A DNA stretch of 64,000 bases from a virus. Position numbers and translations under genes: made by a program. The notes beneath the pieces were generated by a model that searched no databases, was not told where the DNA came from, and saw nothing but the letters and a program-made list of their open reading frames with translations. The stretch lies in IMG/VR virus record IMGVR_UViG_3300042321_002027. The stretch is one strand, 5' to 3'. Below, piece by piece: positions 8,132 to 16,259 of this stretch; positions within the stretch are counted from its first letter, which is position 1; each line of letters starts with the position of its first letter.

Positions 8132-8407
8132 ATGCATCTGATTCCCGTTCTTCGCCTTTCCGCCGCTCGTATCCGCGAGGAACTTTTCACTGGCGGGTTT
8201 CGCCCGATGAAGGGTCATGACTTTGACGGGTTTGCTGACGCTGATCCCGGATCGCTGATTGCTGATCTTTCGGTCGGGCGTTTCCGTTACGTAGTGATTT
8301 TCTCCCCCGAAGCGGGAAACGTTCAGATTTTCGACAACGATATCGAAAACGCTGAGTTCAACGCCTGGGAAATGGATTTGCAAACCGGAGCATTCATTCA
8401 AATTTGA
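8132..8407 (+). CDS. Hypothetical early cassette protein
   Basis: Promoter 8078 + AAGGAG SD. Confidence 0.7.
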   Translation: MHLIPVLRLSAARIREELFTGGFRPMKGHDFDGFADADPGSLIADLSVGRFRYVVIFSPEAGNVQIFDNDIENAEFNAWEMDLQTGAFIQI

Positions 8408-8461
8408 GCTTGACGGAAATTCGGTCCTGCCGTAGTATGGGTTCATAACTGGAGGACGGAT

Positions 8462-8629
8462 ATGAACGTAGAGAAAGCGAACCGGATTTTTAACCGAAAG
8501 TTTAGCAAGCTCACCGAGGAGTATTTCGTTTATCAGACGATCACCGAGGACGAGTTCATTCAAAAATGGGATAAACTCAAGGCGAAACTCAACCGACAAA
8601 AGTACACGGCAGCGGGAATCAGGGTTTGA
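8462..8629 (+). CDS. Hypothetical early cassette protein (55 aa)
   Basis: Promoter 8410 + GGAGG SD; below the ORF-track cutoff. Confidence 0.65.
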   Translation: MNVEKANRIFNRKFSKLTEEYFVYQTITEDEFIQKWDKLKAKLNRQKYTAAGIRV

Positions 8630-8680
8630 CTTTAATTCAAACCCGAGGTAGAAACGAGTATTAACTGAAAAGGAAACGAA

Positions 8681-8884
8681 ATGAACGCCATTGAAGCTTT
8701 CGCTCTCGTCGCTCGCGCCCAGTTTGAACCTTTCACCGAAGCCGACTGGGAGGCGTTTTGTGGTTGCGTGACCGAAACGCCCCATATCGCCGAGGTTGAT
8801 GGGTTTACGCTTATTTTGGACGGCGACGTTTTGAGCGTAACCGAATCAGAATTCGGCGAGGAAAACGTTTTTCGCCTAAGATAA
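8681..8884 (+). CDS. Hypothetical early cassette protein
   Basis: Promoter 8626 + AAGGA SD. Confidence 0.7.
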   Translation: MNAIEAFALVARAQFEPFTEADWEAFCGCVTETPHIAEVDGFTLILDGDVLSVTESEFGEENVFRLR

Positions 8885-8942
8885 AACTTGAAATTAAATC
8901 GTTCCGCGAGTAAGATGTCTATATTGATTGAAAGGAAACGAA

Positions 8943-9215
8943 ATGAACTACGCTGAAGCTCTCGTCGTTGCTGATCTCGCTCTCGCCTGTGAACCCGTTG
9001 CTCCTACTGGGGCTGATCTTGAACTGGTGTTCCGGCTGAATCCTGGCCTTGATAAGACTGGGCTTGCTGAAAGCTTTGGCTCTGTCTATGTTGACGGTGA
9101 CGTTCGGGTGATCGTGAGTGATGACGGTCATGGCTACCTCGTTTATAATGATCGCGCTTACTTCATCCCGGCTGAATCCGAAGATGATCTTACTCTCTTG
9201 TCCGCTCCGCTCTGA
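8943..9215 (+). CDS. Hypothetical early cassette protein
   Basis: Promoter 8888 + AAGGA SD. Confidence 0.7.
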   Translation: MNYAEALVVADLALACEPVAPTGADLELVFRLNPGLDKTGLAESFGSVYVDGDVRVIVSDDGHGYLVYNDRAYFIPAESEDDLTLLSAPL

Positions 9216-9275
9216 GATAGTTGTTGAATTAAATTCGTTCCGCGAGTAAGATGTCCTCATAGATAGGAGATGAAT

Positions 9276-9449
9276 ATGCTTTCCACTTCCGAAATGGCTC
9301 ACCTTTACGCTTTCGTCAAGGACTACCTTGAAGGCTCTCAGCGCCCCGATATGTCAGACAGCGACTTCGCTCGTGGCTATAGGAAGGGTTTGGCTTCGCT
9401 CCAGAGCATCCTCGACAATCTGGAAAAGGCATACGAAAAGAAGGCTTGA
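9276..9449 (+). CDS. Hypothetical early cassette protein (57 aa)
   Basis: Promoter 9224 + AGGAG SD. Confidence 0.65.
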   Translation: MLSTSEMAHLYAFVKDYLEGSQRPDMSDSDFARGYRKGLASLQSILDNLEKAYEKKA

Positions 9450-9510
9450 CATTAATTCCCGGATCCCGTATACTCTCTCTGTAAGCTGAAATCACAAAGG
9501 AACTCTGAAT

Positions 9511-9981
9511 ATGGCAAAGGTAACTAAGACGTCTATCACTCTCTCGGTCATGAACGCCCACGGCGACAAGCCCATGGCAGCTGTCGTGGCTCTGATCGTC
9601 AAGGCTCAGCACAAGGCTGGTTTCCTCGACGTAACCGATAAGATCGCAGCTGGTGCGTATCGCTGGGCTGTGAACAAGGGCATGGCTCCTGGTGCTGCTC
9701 CGGTTCGTGGCGCAAAGCCCGAGAAGGCTTCCGCCAAGGAAAAGGCTGTGAAGCGCATGGCCAAGGAAACTGTCGCAAAGGTAGTGAAGCCCGAGGCTCC
9801 GACGAAGTCCGCCGAGGAGATTGATCGGATCAAGGCAGCGAATATGGCACGCATGAAGGCTGTGCTCGCCAAGACGAAGCAGACTGTGCGTAAAGATGAG
9901 GATGTTCCTGCGTTTGCTGAGACCGATGCCTTCGCTGCTCCGGCATTCCTGACGAAGGACGAGGTGACTGCACTGGTCTAA
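9511..9981 (+). CDS. Lys/Ala-rich, possibly DNA-binding early protein
   Basis: Near-consensus promoter 9446-9474; K/A-rich composition; terminator downstream. Confidence 0.7.
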   Translation: MAKVTKTSITLSVMNAHGDKPMAAVVALIVKAQHKAGFLDVTDKIAAGAYRWAVNKGMAPGAAPVRGAKPEKASAKEKAVKRMAKETVAKVVKPEAPTKSAEEIDRIKAANMARMKAVLAKTKQTVRKDEDVPAFAETDAFAAPAFLTKDEVTALV

Positions 9982-10036
9982 ATACGATCAGTGATTCTAT
10001 TTCAATCACGAATTAATTACAACATAAATTTTCAGC

Positions 10037-10065
10037 AGAGGACCGGGAAACTGGTCCTCTTTTTT
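10037..10065 (+). terminator. Rho-independent terminator
   Basis: AGAGGACCGG-GAAA-CTGGTCCTCT-TTTTT. Confidence 0.85.
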
Positions 10066-10122
10066 GTTGCGTTTAATTCGAACTGGTCGTATCCTGACAG
10101 TATTGAAACAAGGAGATAGCTG

Positions 10123-10338
10123 ATGGTTTACGTGTTGGTGTTGGATGTGCACTACGAAGGTCAGTCGTTGTTGGGTGTGTACTCGTCCCTGGAAGCGGCT
10201 CAGGAAGCTGGTCGTCTTTTCGCGGATGGTCATTCCCATTGGCGCGATGATGCGTGCGTGGCCGTGGAGGCTCGTGAGTTGGACGGTCGCGCTCGGGACG
10301 CCCATCTGTCCGAGTACGTGTGGGAATATCGTCCTTGA
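10123..10338 (+). CDS. Hypothetical early cassette protein (MVYVL...LLGVYSSLEAA)
   Basis: Promoter 10067 + SD; common small phage motif. Confidence 0.7.
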   Translation: MVYVLVLDVHYEGQSLLGVYSSLEAAQEAGRLFADGHSHWRDDACVAVEARELDGRARDAHLSEYVWEYRP

Positions 10339-10390
10339 TTTTAAAACGTCCTGAGCGTAAGATGTTTATATGGTTGATATGGAGATGACT

Positions 10391-10567
10391 ATGACGTTCG
10401 ATGAAGCTGTTGAGATCATTAAGGAATACACTGGCTGCGGTAACATGCTGCTGGATGGCCTTGAGCAGATCCAGGAAGAGATGCAGGAGGAAGATGACTT
10501 CCTGCCGCAGCGTGTTAAGGCTGCTTTCCGCTTCATCTGCGCTCAGATGCGTCCCCTGTTCGTCTAA
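10391..10567 (+). CDS. Hypothetical early cassette protein
   Basis: Promoter 10335 + GGAG SD. Confidence 0.65.
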   Translation: MTFDEAVEIIKEYTGCGNMLLDGLEQIQEEMQEEDDFLPQRVKAAFRFICAQMRPLFV

Positions 10568-10699
10568 TAAGGAGAAACAAATGTGCGGATGGCACATCGT
10601 CTGGTTCTACGCTAAACAATATGGCTATGGTTCGAAAGAACATAGGCTAGCACTCTCTAGATACAAGTAAGTGTTAACATAGACAACGGAGAAAGACCC

Positions 10700-10891
10700 A
10701 TGAAGACCTCTCAGCTGATCGCCCTCCTCCAGAAGTCCCTCAAGCAGGATGGTGATCTTCCTGTGTTCCTCAACACGGGCAACGACGATGACATGTGGAA
10801 GGTCATGGTCGCCGAGTACCACGAGACCGAGGATGGTGAGTTCCCCAAGTCCTGGAGGATGCCCGAGGCGTTCCTGAAACTTTGTGCTTGA
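10700..10891 (+). CDS. Hypothetical protein
   Basis: GGAG SD, high GC3. Confidence 0.7.
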   Translation: MKTSQLIALLQKSLKQDGDLPVFLNTGNDDDMWKVMVAEYHETEDGEFPKSWRMPEAFLKLCA

Positions 10892-10944
10892 TTTAAATTC
10901 AAGCCCATCGTATCCTCTAGTCATAACTGATGAAGGAAGCACTG

Positions 10945-11127
10945 ATGAACCTCTCTCTCGCTCTTGACTCCGTCCGTTCCAAGTCCGCCTCCGACCTCGC
11001 CCGTTACCGCAACCACATCGAGACTGCCGAACGTCTGTTCCGCATGGGCTTCAAGAACAAGGCTGTTCCTTACCTGACGATGGCCCAGCGTATGGTCGAC
11101 AGTCGTCTCGTCTACTTCGTCAAATAG
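10945..11127 (+). CDS. Hypothetical early cassette protein
   Basis: Promoter 10888 + SD. Confidence 0.65.
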   Translation: MNLSLALDSVRSKSASDLARYRNHIETAERLFRMGFKNKAVPYLTMAQRMVDSRLVYFVK

Positions 11128-11190
11128 TGCTTGATTTAAATTCAAGTCGACCGTAGTATGAGAACATAACTGATGGAAAGGAACTACTCT

Positions 11191-11433
11191 ATGGCTTCTC
11201 CCGCTCCCCGCACCCTCGTCGAACTCCAAAACGCCATCGCCCTCGCCCGCGAAGCCTACGTGATCCTGGACCAGGAGCTGGTTCGCACCCAGGACGAGGA
11301 CTTCGGTAAGCTTTCGGATCAGGCTTTCGACCTGCTCCAGGCTCTCCGTGCCAAGCTGGATGAGCGCGAGGTAGGCACTGGCTACGGCTGGGTCGTGCCC
11401 CAGACCATCAAGATCTCCAACGTGGAGGCTTGA
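11191..11433 (+). CDS. Hypothetical early cassette protein
   Basis: Promoter 11131 + SD. Confidence 0.7.
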   Translation: MASPAPRTLVELQNAIALAREAYVILDQELVRTQDEDFGKLSDQAFDLLQALRAKLDEREVGTGYGWVVPQTIKISNVEA

Positions 11434-11529
11434 TCCATGAACACCAACCACCTCATCCTCGCGGCTGCCATCTTCTTTACCATCATGGTGATCGCCCAAG
11501 CTGCTACCACTCTGCTCTAGGAGAGACCA

Positions 11530-11715
11530 ATGTTCAAGTCCTACCGTGATGACCCCGAACGTCGTATCGAACGCATCGTCGAGCTCGAGTATGACCAGCT
11601 GGACCGTCGCCTGACCAACCACGAGATCGACCAGGCTACGTACAACAAGGAAGCGAAGCTCATCGATGAGTGGGCTCGTGAGATGTATGATGAGATGTAC
11701 GATCGATATGAATGA
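11530..11715 (+). CDS. Hypothetical protein
   Basis: AGGAG SD. Confidence 0.65.
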   Translation: MFKSYRDDPERRIERIVELEYDQLDRRLTNHEIDQATYNKEAKLIDEWAREMYDEMYDRYE

Positions 11716-11927
11716 GGTGTATTCTAATGGCAACGCGATATTACGTCAATGGCGAGGATGAGCCCATCTGGTGCATCACTGCGATGACAAAGGGTGGAGC
11801 ATGGGTGCTCGCAAAGCAGTATGTGAAGATGGGCTCGAAGCTCGTCGAGGAGCCCATGGAGCGCGATGACTCCGTGTGGGTCGTCATGGTCACGAATCCG
11901 TTCCTGGATGCTGCATCTTCCTCCTGA
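11712..11927 (+). CDS. Hypothetical protein
   Basis: ORF with GAGGT SD (likely start 11727). Confidence 0.6.
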   Translation: MRCILMATRYYVNGEDEPIWCITAMTKGGAWVLAKQYVKMGSKLVEEPMERDDSVWVVMVTNPFLDAASSS

Positions 11928-12200
11928 CAATGTCGGGGAGGGGGGATGTTGTAGCATTCGGGACTCCTCAGTTCCTCCGGGACCTGAGTAAGGATCGTTC
12001 GACTTGTTTATTCCACACCAGCGACGAGCACCGACAAACACCAAAACTCCAGTAGCTTTTCATCAACTTTTTATAAAAAAAATCCGCGAAAAATTTTTCT
12101 GATTCTCTAACTTCAATGTATGAGTATTTTGAAGAAATACCTTGACAATAATTCGTAACATTGGTATAATCACTAGTGTACCCATGATGATAAGGATAGA

Positions 12201-12416
12201 TTGATGACTAATGAGTTTGATCATGTAGACTTGAACGAGTTTACTGTGAACGACTTTACTCATGAGTTTTACTTGGATCTACACAGTTTGGTAGGTGTTG
12301 ATGCAGTTACAGAGTTTGGATTACTCTTGAAGGAAAAGAAACCAAGCTTGTACTTTGAGTATCTGGTCAGGTTACAGGAATACTATTGGAGAGTGAGAGA
12401 TGAGACCACAGTATAA
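12201..12416 (+). CDS. Hypothetical protein
   Basis: First gene after the consensus promoter 12142. Confidence 0.6.
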   Translation: MMTNEFDHVDLNEFTVNDFTHEFYLDLHSLVGVDAVTEFGLLLKEKKPSLYFEYLVRLQEYYWRVRDETTV

Positions 12417-12597
12417 GATTGTTAAGAAGATGGGCGTGCATGTTATGCGATACTATGCATACAAGCGATGGTTGGGAGTGTTTTGGCGATCTCTTGGTTG
12501 GGAATTTGAGCTTGAAGGAGCAGAGAAGCTGATTCGTGAAGATCGCGATGAGGTAGCCAAGAGAAAGATCAAGCCTGAGATCGTAGGGTATTACTGA
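12400..12597 (+). CDS. Hypothetical protein
   Basis: Overlapping operon. Confidence 0.55.
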   Translation: MRPQYKIVKKMGVHVMRYYAYKRWLGVFWRSLGWEFELEGAEKLIREDRDEVAKRKIKPEIVGYY

Positions 12598-12881
12598 TGA
12601 CCGAGTATAAGAAGATACGTGAAGATATCTATGAAAAGCACAGTAAGTCATTTGAGAAGTTGCATATGAGTGAGATTAAAGAACAACTCTATAAAGATAC
12701 AGATGTAAGGGTTATTGATCAGCGTATTGGTGTGGGTATTGGTGGATTGAATACTGTTATTCGTTTGTATCATAAGCCCACTGGTATTCTTATTGAGATG
12801 CCAAGGGTAAATAGAAGTAAATATCATGATAAGGTATTGGCATTTGAGATGCTTGAATATGCACTGACAGGAGTGAAGTGA
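12597..12881 (+). CDS. Class-1 release factor (RF-1) domain-like protein with degenerate GGQ
   Basis: GVGIGGLNTVIRLYHKPTGILIE...RSKYHDKVLAFEML resembles the RF motif GPGGQ..N...AVR..HIPTGI.V...RSQ..NK..A...L. Confidence 0.5.
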   Translation: MTEYKKIREDIYEKHSKSFEKLHMSEIKEQLYKDTDVRVIDQRIGVGIGGLNTVIRLYHKPTGILIEMPRVNRSKYHDKVLAFEMLEYALTGVK

Positions 12882-13159
12882 TGAGTGATATTGTAGAACG
12901 ATTGAGGCAGTTAGAAGTTAATGAGCTTTCTACTCATCCTCTTGGGATGTTAGATGAAGCCGCTAATGAGATTGAGCAGAACCGTATCGATCTTGAGGAA
13001 TACAGGCTTGACGTTGAGCAGCTGCGGGCGGTAGTAGAAGCTGCTGATAAATTGCGAAACGGTATTCGTGCTGCGGGTGTGAAAAGAATGCCTGAACTTT
13101 ACTTGGTGGTTATGGCCTTTGATGCCGCCCGTGCTGCACTGTCAGGAGACAAGCAATGA
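12878..13159 (+). CDS. Hypothetical protein (MSDIVERLR...EAANEIE)
   Basis: Common phage coiled-coil motif. Confidence 0.65.
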   Translation: MMSDIVERLRQLEVNELSTHPLGMLDEAANEIEQNRIDLEEYRLDVEQLRAVVEAADKLRNGIRAAGVKRMPELYLVVMAFDAARAALSGDKQ

Positions 13160-13425
13160 GTGAGATTATCTATAAGTATGGACCGTTAAGCACGAATGGC
13201 GAAACTATAGAATTCAATGGCACTCCTGTCCATGTTGGTTATCAAGATCGCGGCTTTGCCCATGCTGATTATGCAGTTTTTATCTGGTGTAAGCTAGATA
13301 TGAATTATCCCATTCATACCAGGAAGTATGCTCGTATCGTACCGACCGGAGAGTCGTTTAACGGTAAGTATATCGGTACAGTCGTGATGCCTTCTGGTCT
13401 GGTTTGGCATGTGGTGGAGGTGTAA
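13156..13425 (+). CDS. Conserved small phage protein (IYKY...YIGTV...LVWHV)
   Basis: Recognisable motif, SD. Confidence 0.65.
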   Translation: MSEIIYKYGPLSTNGETIEFNGTPVHVGYQDRGFAHADYAVFIWCKLDMNYPIHTRKYARIVPTGESFNGKYIGTVVMPSGLVWHVVEV

Positions 13426-13620
13426 ATGTTAGTAGGTGAACCCTGTGTGGGGATAGTCTATAAGAAGAAAGATGGTAGTACGTTTACCGAGTGGTACCAC
13501 AATCTTCGTATCGGGTGGCATACTCCGCCCGAGATTTGGGTAGAGCGGGCATTGTATTTCTCTAAAGTTTCACCTATTAACATGTGGCCCAAGCCTATGG
13601 CTGTTGTGAGGAGTAAGTGA
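13426..13620 (+). CDS. Hypothetical protein
   Basis: GGAGG SD. Confidence 0.55.
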   Translation: MLVGEPCVGIVYKKKDGSTFTEWYHNLRIGWHTPPEIWVERALYFSKVSPINMWPKPMAVVRSK

Positions 13621-13811
13621 TGGAACCTCTGGCGTATAGACCATTGTATAATCAATATAGGACTATTGGTGCGATTATTGAACAAAACGATATCTATAAG
13701 ATGACAGAACAAGAGTGGCAAACTCGGTGTATGATCCATTCTAATGGTAACATGCATCCCATTCAGGCTTTGGATATTTTTCGACAGTTAAAGAGAGAGG
13801 CGGGACTATGA
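13617..13811 (+). CDS. Hypothetical protein
   Basis: GAGGAG SD, overlapping operon. Confidence 0.55.
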   Translation: MMEPLAYRPLYNQYRTIGAIIEQNDIYKMTEQEWQTRCMIHSNGNMHPIQALDIFRQLKREAGL

Positions 13812-14164
13812 GCGAAGAAGTTAAGAAGGCGTTTTGGGATCATCAGGAAGAGTTCATTCAGAAGATGCAAGAGATCTCCGAAAAGTACGAAGCCGACTGT
13901 AACGAGTATTGGGATAAGCTCTCTTACGAAGATAAGATGAAGGCATTCTACTCTGTCAGTAAGCGTATCTATCAGGCAGATGTAAAAGATCAAGGCTCTT
14001 ATCGTCATGCTCTCTATCAGGTGTTCGGTTTTGATGCAGATGCCTACGTAGTCGGTATGGAGTGTGGGTACATGGATATCCATAACTACATACAAGAAGG
14101 TATCGCATCACATAAAGAATACGTAGAAAGAACCAAGAATGAGCATATGTCAGAAGATCTGTAA
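13808..14164 (+). CDS. Hypothetical protein conserved in T4-like phages
   Basis: GSYRHALYQVFGF...GYMDIHN motif. Confidence 0.65.
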   Translation: MSEEVKKAFWDHQEEFIQKMQEISEKYEADCNEYWDKLSYEDKMKAFYSVSKRIYQADVKDQGSYRHALYQVFGFDADAYVVGMECGYMDIHNYIQEGIASHKEYVERTKNEHMSEDL

Positions 14165-14360
14165 GGTAGACGATAGTAACACCTTTTGTGTTGGGTGTGG
14201 TAGAACACTAATTGAAATAACAGAATGGTTTACAGCCGATAAAGAGCGGAAGATTGAAATCGCTGCTTTTGCTCGTAAGAGAACTAAGAAGCTAAAAGAA
14301 GATCCGTTCCCGACTGTTATGGAACTGGACTACCATTATAGAGATTATGACAATGATTGA
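14139..14360 (+). CDS. DUF1289-family Cys-rich protein
   Basis: SICQKICKVD...FCVGCGRTLIEITEW. Confidence 0.75.
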   Translation: MSICQKICKVDDSNTFCVGCGRTLIEITEWFTADKERKIEIAAFARKRTKKLKEDPFPTVMELDYHYRDYDND

Positions 14361-14730
14361 TTGTATTGCAATCGGTGATAGTATCGCAGTAGGAACTGGT
14401 AAGGCTCTCAGCTGTGAAGTTCGCGCCCATGTAGGCTGGCCGAGTGGTAAAATCATTAACCTTGCGAATGGAGCAAAAGCAGAACTTTGCATCATCTCTG
14501 CAGGATCTAATGACCCTAACAACCCCAAACTTCTTCTTAATCTTAAGACGATTCGTGGTAAGATTGACTGTGTTAAGGTTGTCTGGATCCTTCCTGTTAA
14601 TCCAAAAGCCTCTTCTGCTGTAAGAAAGGCTGCAGCAGGAGATAAGGTTGTTAGCTTTACTCCAGGAAAAGATAACGTGCATCCAAAAAATTATAACGTT
14701 CTTGCCAAAAAGTGCTTGTCTTTAAATTAA
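14347..14730 (+). CDS. SGNH/GDSL hydrolase-like protein
   Basis: IGDSI, SAGSND and DNVHP blocks. Confidence 0.7.
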   Translation: MTMIDCIAIGDSIAVGTGKALSCEVRAHVGWPSGKIINLANGAKAELCIISAGSNDPNNPKLLLNLKTIRGKIDCVKVVWILPVNPKASSAVRKAAAGDKVVSFTPGKDNVHPKNYNVLAKKCLSLN

Positions 14731-14787
14731 AACAAGAGTATTATTCTATCTGTAAGTTGAAACAAACCCTCTAGGAGAAAATAGATT

Positions 14788-15747
14788 ATGGCTCACGAAA
14801 TTGAAATGGTTGGCGATGTTGCTCAGATGGCTTATGCTGGCAGTGTCCCTTGGCACGGTCTGGGAACTCGCGTCCCGGCAGATCTTACTCCGGAACAGAT
14901 GCTCGAGGCTGCTGGTCTCGACTGGACCGTAGAAAAGGTTCCTGCATACTACACTCACAACGACGAACTCTATCAGATCGGTCAGTCGGCTCTCATCCGC
15001 TCGCGCGATGGTAAGATGCTGGATGCAGTTTCTGATGACTGGAATCCTGTTCAGAACCACACTGCCTTCGAATTCTTTGATGAATACGTTCGTCAGGGTG
15101 ACATGGAAATGCACACCGCTGGTTCGCTGAAGGGTGGACAGATCGTTTGGGGTCTTGCTAAGATCAAGCAGTCTTTCGAACTGTTCAAGGGCGATCAGAT
15201 CGACTCTTATTTGCTCTTCTCTAACTTCCACAAGTACGGTTTCTCTACCGACGTACGCTTCACTCCGATCCGTGTTGTTTGTAATAACACTTTGACTCTT
15301 TCTCTCTCGAGCAAGGTCGAACGTATGGTGAAGATCTCGCACCGCAAGCAGTTCAATCCTGGCAATGTCAAGGAAATGCTCGGTATCGCCACTGACAAGC
15401 TGACCAAGTACAAGGAAATGGCTTCTTTCCTCGGCTCCAAGATGGCCAAGGGCGAAGATATCGTCGAGTACTTCAAGCGTGTGTTCCCTGTGACTGGCTC
15501 TAACGAGAACAAGACCAAGGAAATCTCCAAGAATGCTCAGACTGCTCTTGACATTCTTCATACTCAGCCTGGAGCTCAGTACGCCGAAGGCACTTGGTGG
15601 CAGCCGTTCAACGCTGTGACCTACATGACCGATCACCTTGTAGGTCGTACGGCAGACACTCGCCTTACTTCTTCTTGGTACGGCTCTAACAAGAGCCTCA
15701 AGACTAAGGCTCTTGAACTGGCAGTTGAAATGGCGGAGGCTGCGTAA
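14788..15747 (+). CDS. DUF932 family phage/plasmid protein
   Basis: MAHEIE...PWHGLG...AGLDWTV...TAGSLKGG...TPIRVVCNNTL...GTWW. Confidence 0.85.
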   Translation: MAHEIEMVGDVAQMAYAGSVPWHGLGTRVPADLTPEQMLEAAGLDWTVEKVPAYYTHNDELYQIGQSALIRSRDGKMLDAVSDDWNPVQNHTAFEFFDEYVRQGDMEMHTAGSLKGGQIVWGLAKIKQSFELFKGDQIDSYLLFSNFHKYGFSTDVRFTPIRVVCNNTLTLSLSSKVERMVKISHRKQFNPGNVKEMLGIATDKLTKYKEMASFLGSKMAKGEDIVEYFKRVFPVTGSNENKTKEISKNAQTALDILHTQPGAQYAEGTWWQPFNAVTYMTDHLVGRTADTRLTSSWYGSNKSLKTKALELAVEMAEAA

Positions 15748-15791
15748 GCAGTCTCCTTCCCTTTCTTGGAGAAAGTTTCGAGGAAACAATT

Positions 15792-16229
15792 ATGGAACTT
15801 ATCGGCGTCGGCTATCAAGATTATCGCAAAAAGCACAGCGATATTAAAAATGAAAAGAAGGGAATGGAACGATACTTGATCTATTTTGGTAGAGCACATG
15901 TTATCGACCATGAAACGAATACTGCTGCACGTGGTCCGTTAAAAATTGGTAGGGGTAAGTGGGCTACTGCTCTAATGCGAGGTCGTAATCAACCCGGAAT
16001 AGATTTTCGTATTTACGCTGAAATTATTCTTGGCACTAATGAACAAACGTATTTGGCTGAAGAAATCGTAAAAGATGTTCTTGGTCATAAGAACATCCCT
16101 ATGTCACAAGGACAACAGGAACTTTATGATATTAAGGATTCGGAGTTGAAGAAAGTGGTCAATACTATTGTTGAAGTAATTAGGGCTGAAACTGAATTTG
16201 AACCACTTGAAATTAACTATTTCCTTTAA
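15792..16229 (+). CDS. Hypothetical protein, possibly GIY-YIG/T5orf172-like
   Basis: LIYFG...LKIG...R; E-x-Y near the C-terminus. Confidence 0.45.
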   Translation: MELIGVGYQDYRKKHSDIKNEKKGMERYLIYFGRAHVIDHETNTAARGPLKIGRGKWATALMRGRNQPGIDFRIYAEIILGTNEQTYLAEEIVKDVLGHKNIPMSQGQQELYDIKDSELKKVVNTIVEVIRAETEFEPLEINYFL

Positions 16230-16259
16230 TTAAAAAGTATAGTAATATTACTGTATAGT

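Noticed and set aside
10927-10949. Hammerhead ribozyme (two CTGATGA cores)
   Set aside because: No flanking stems or GAAA/UH arrangement found; CTGATG is the recurring leader/start motif of the cassettes.
3404-15789. Long antisense ORFs (3404-4264, 8084-8785, 10921-11733, 14746-15789)
   Set aside because: They mirror well-supported sense genes with biased codon usage and have no SD, promoter or motifs.
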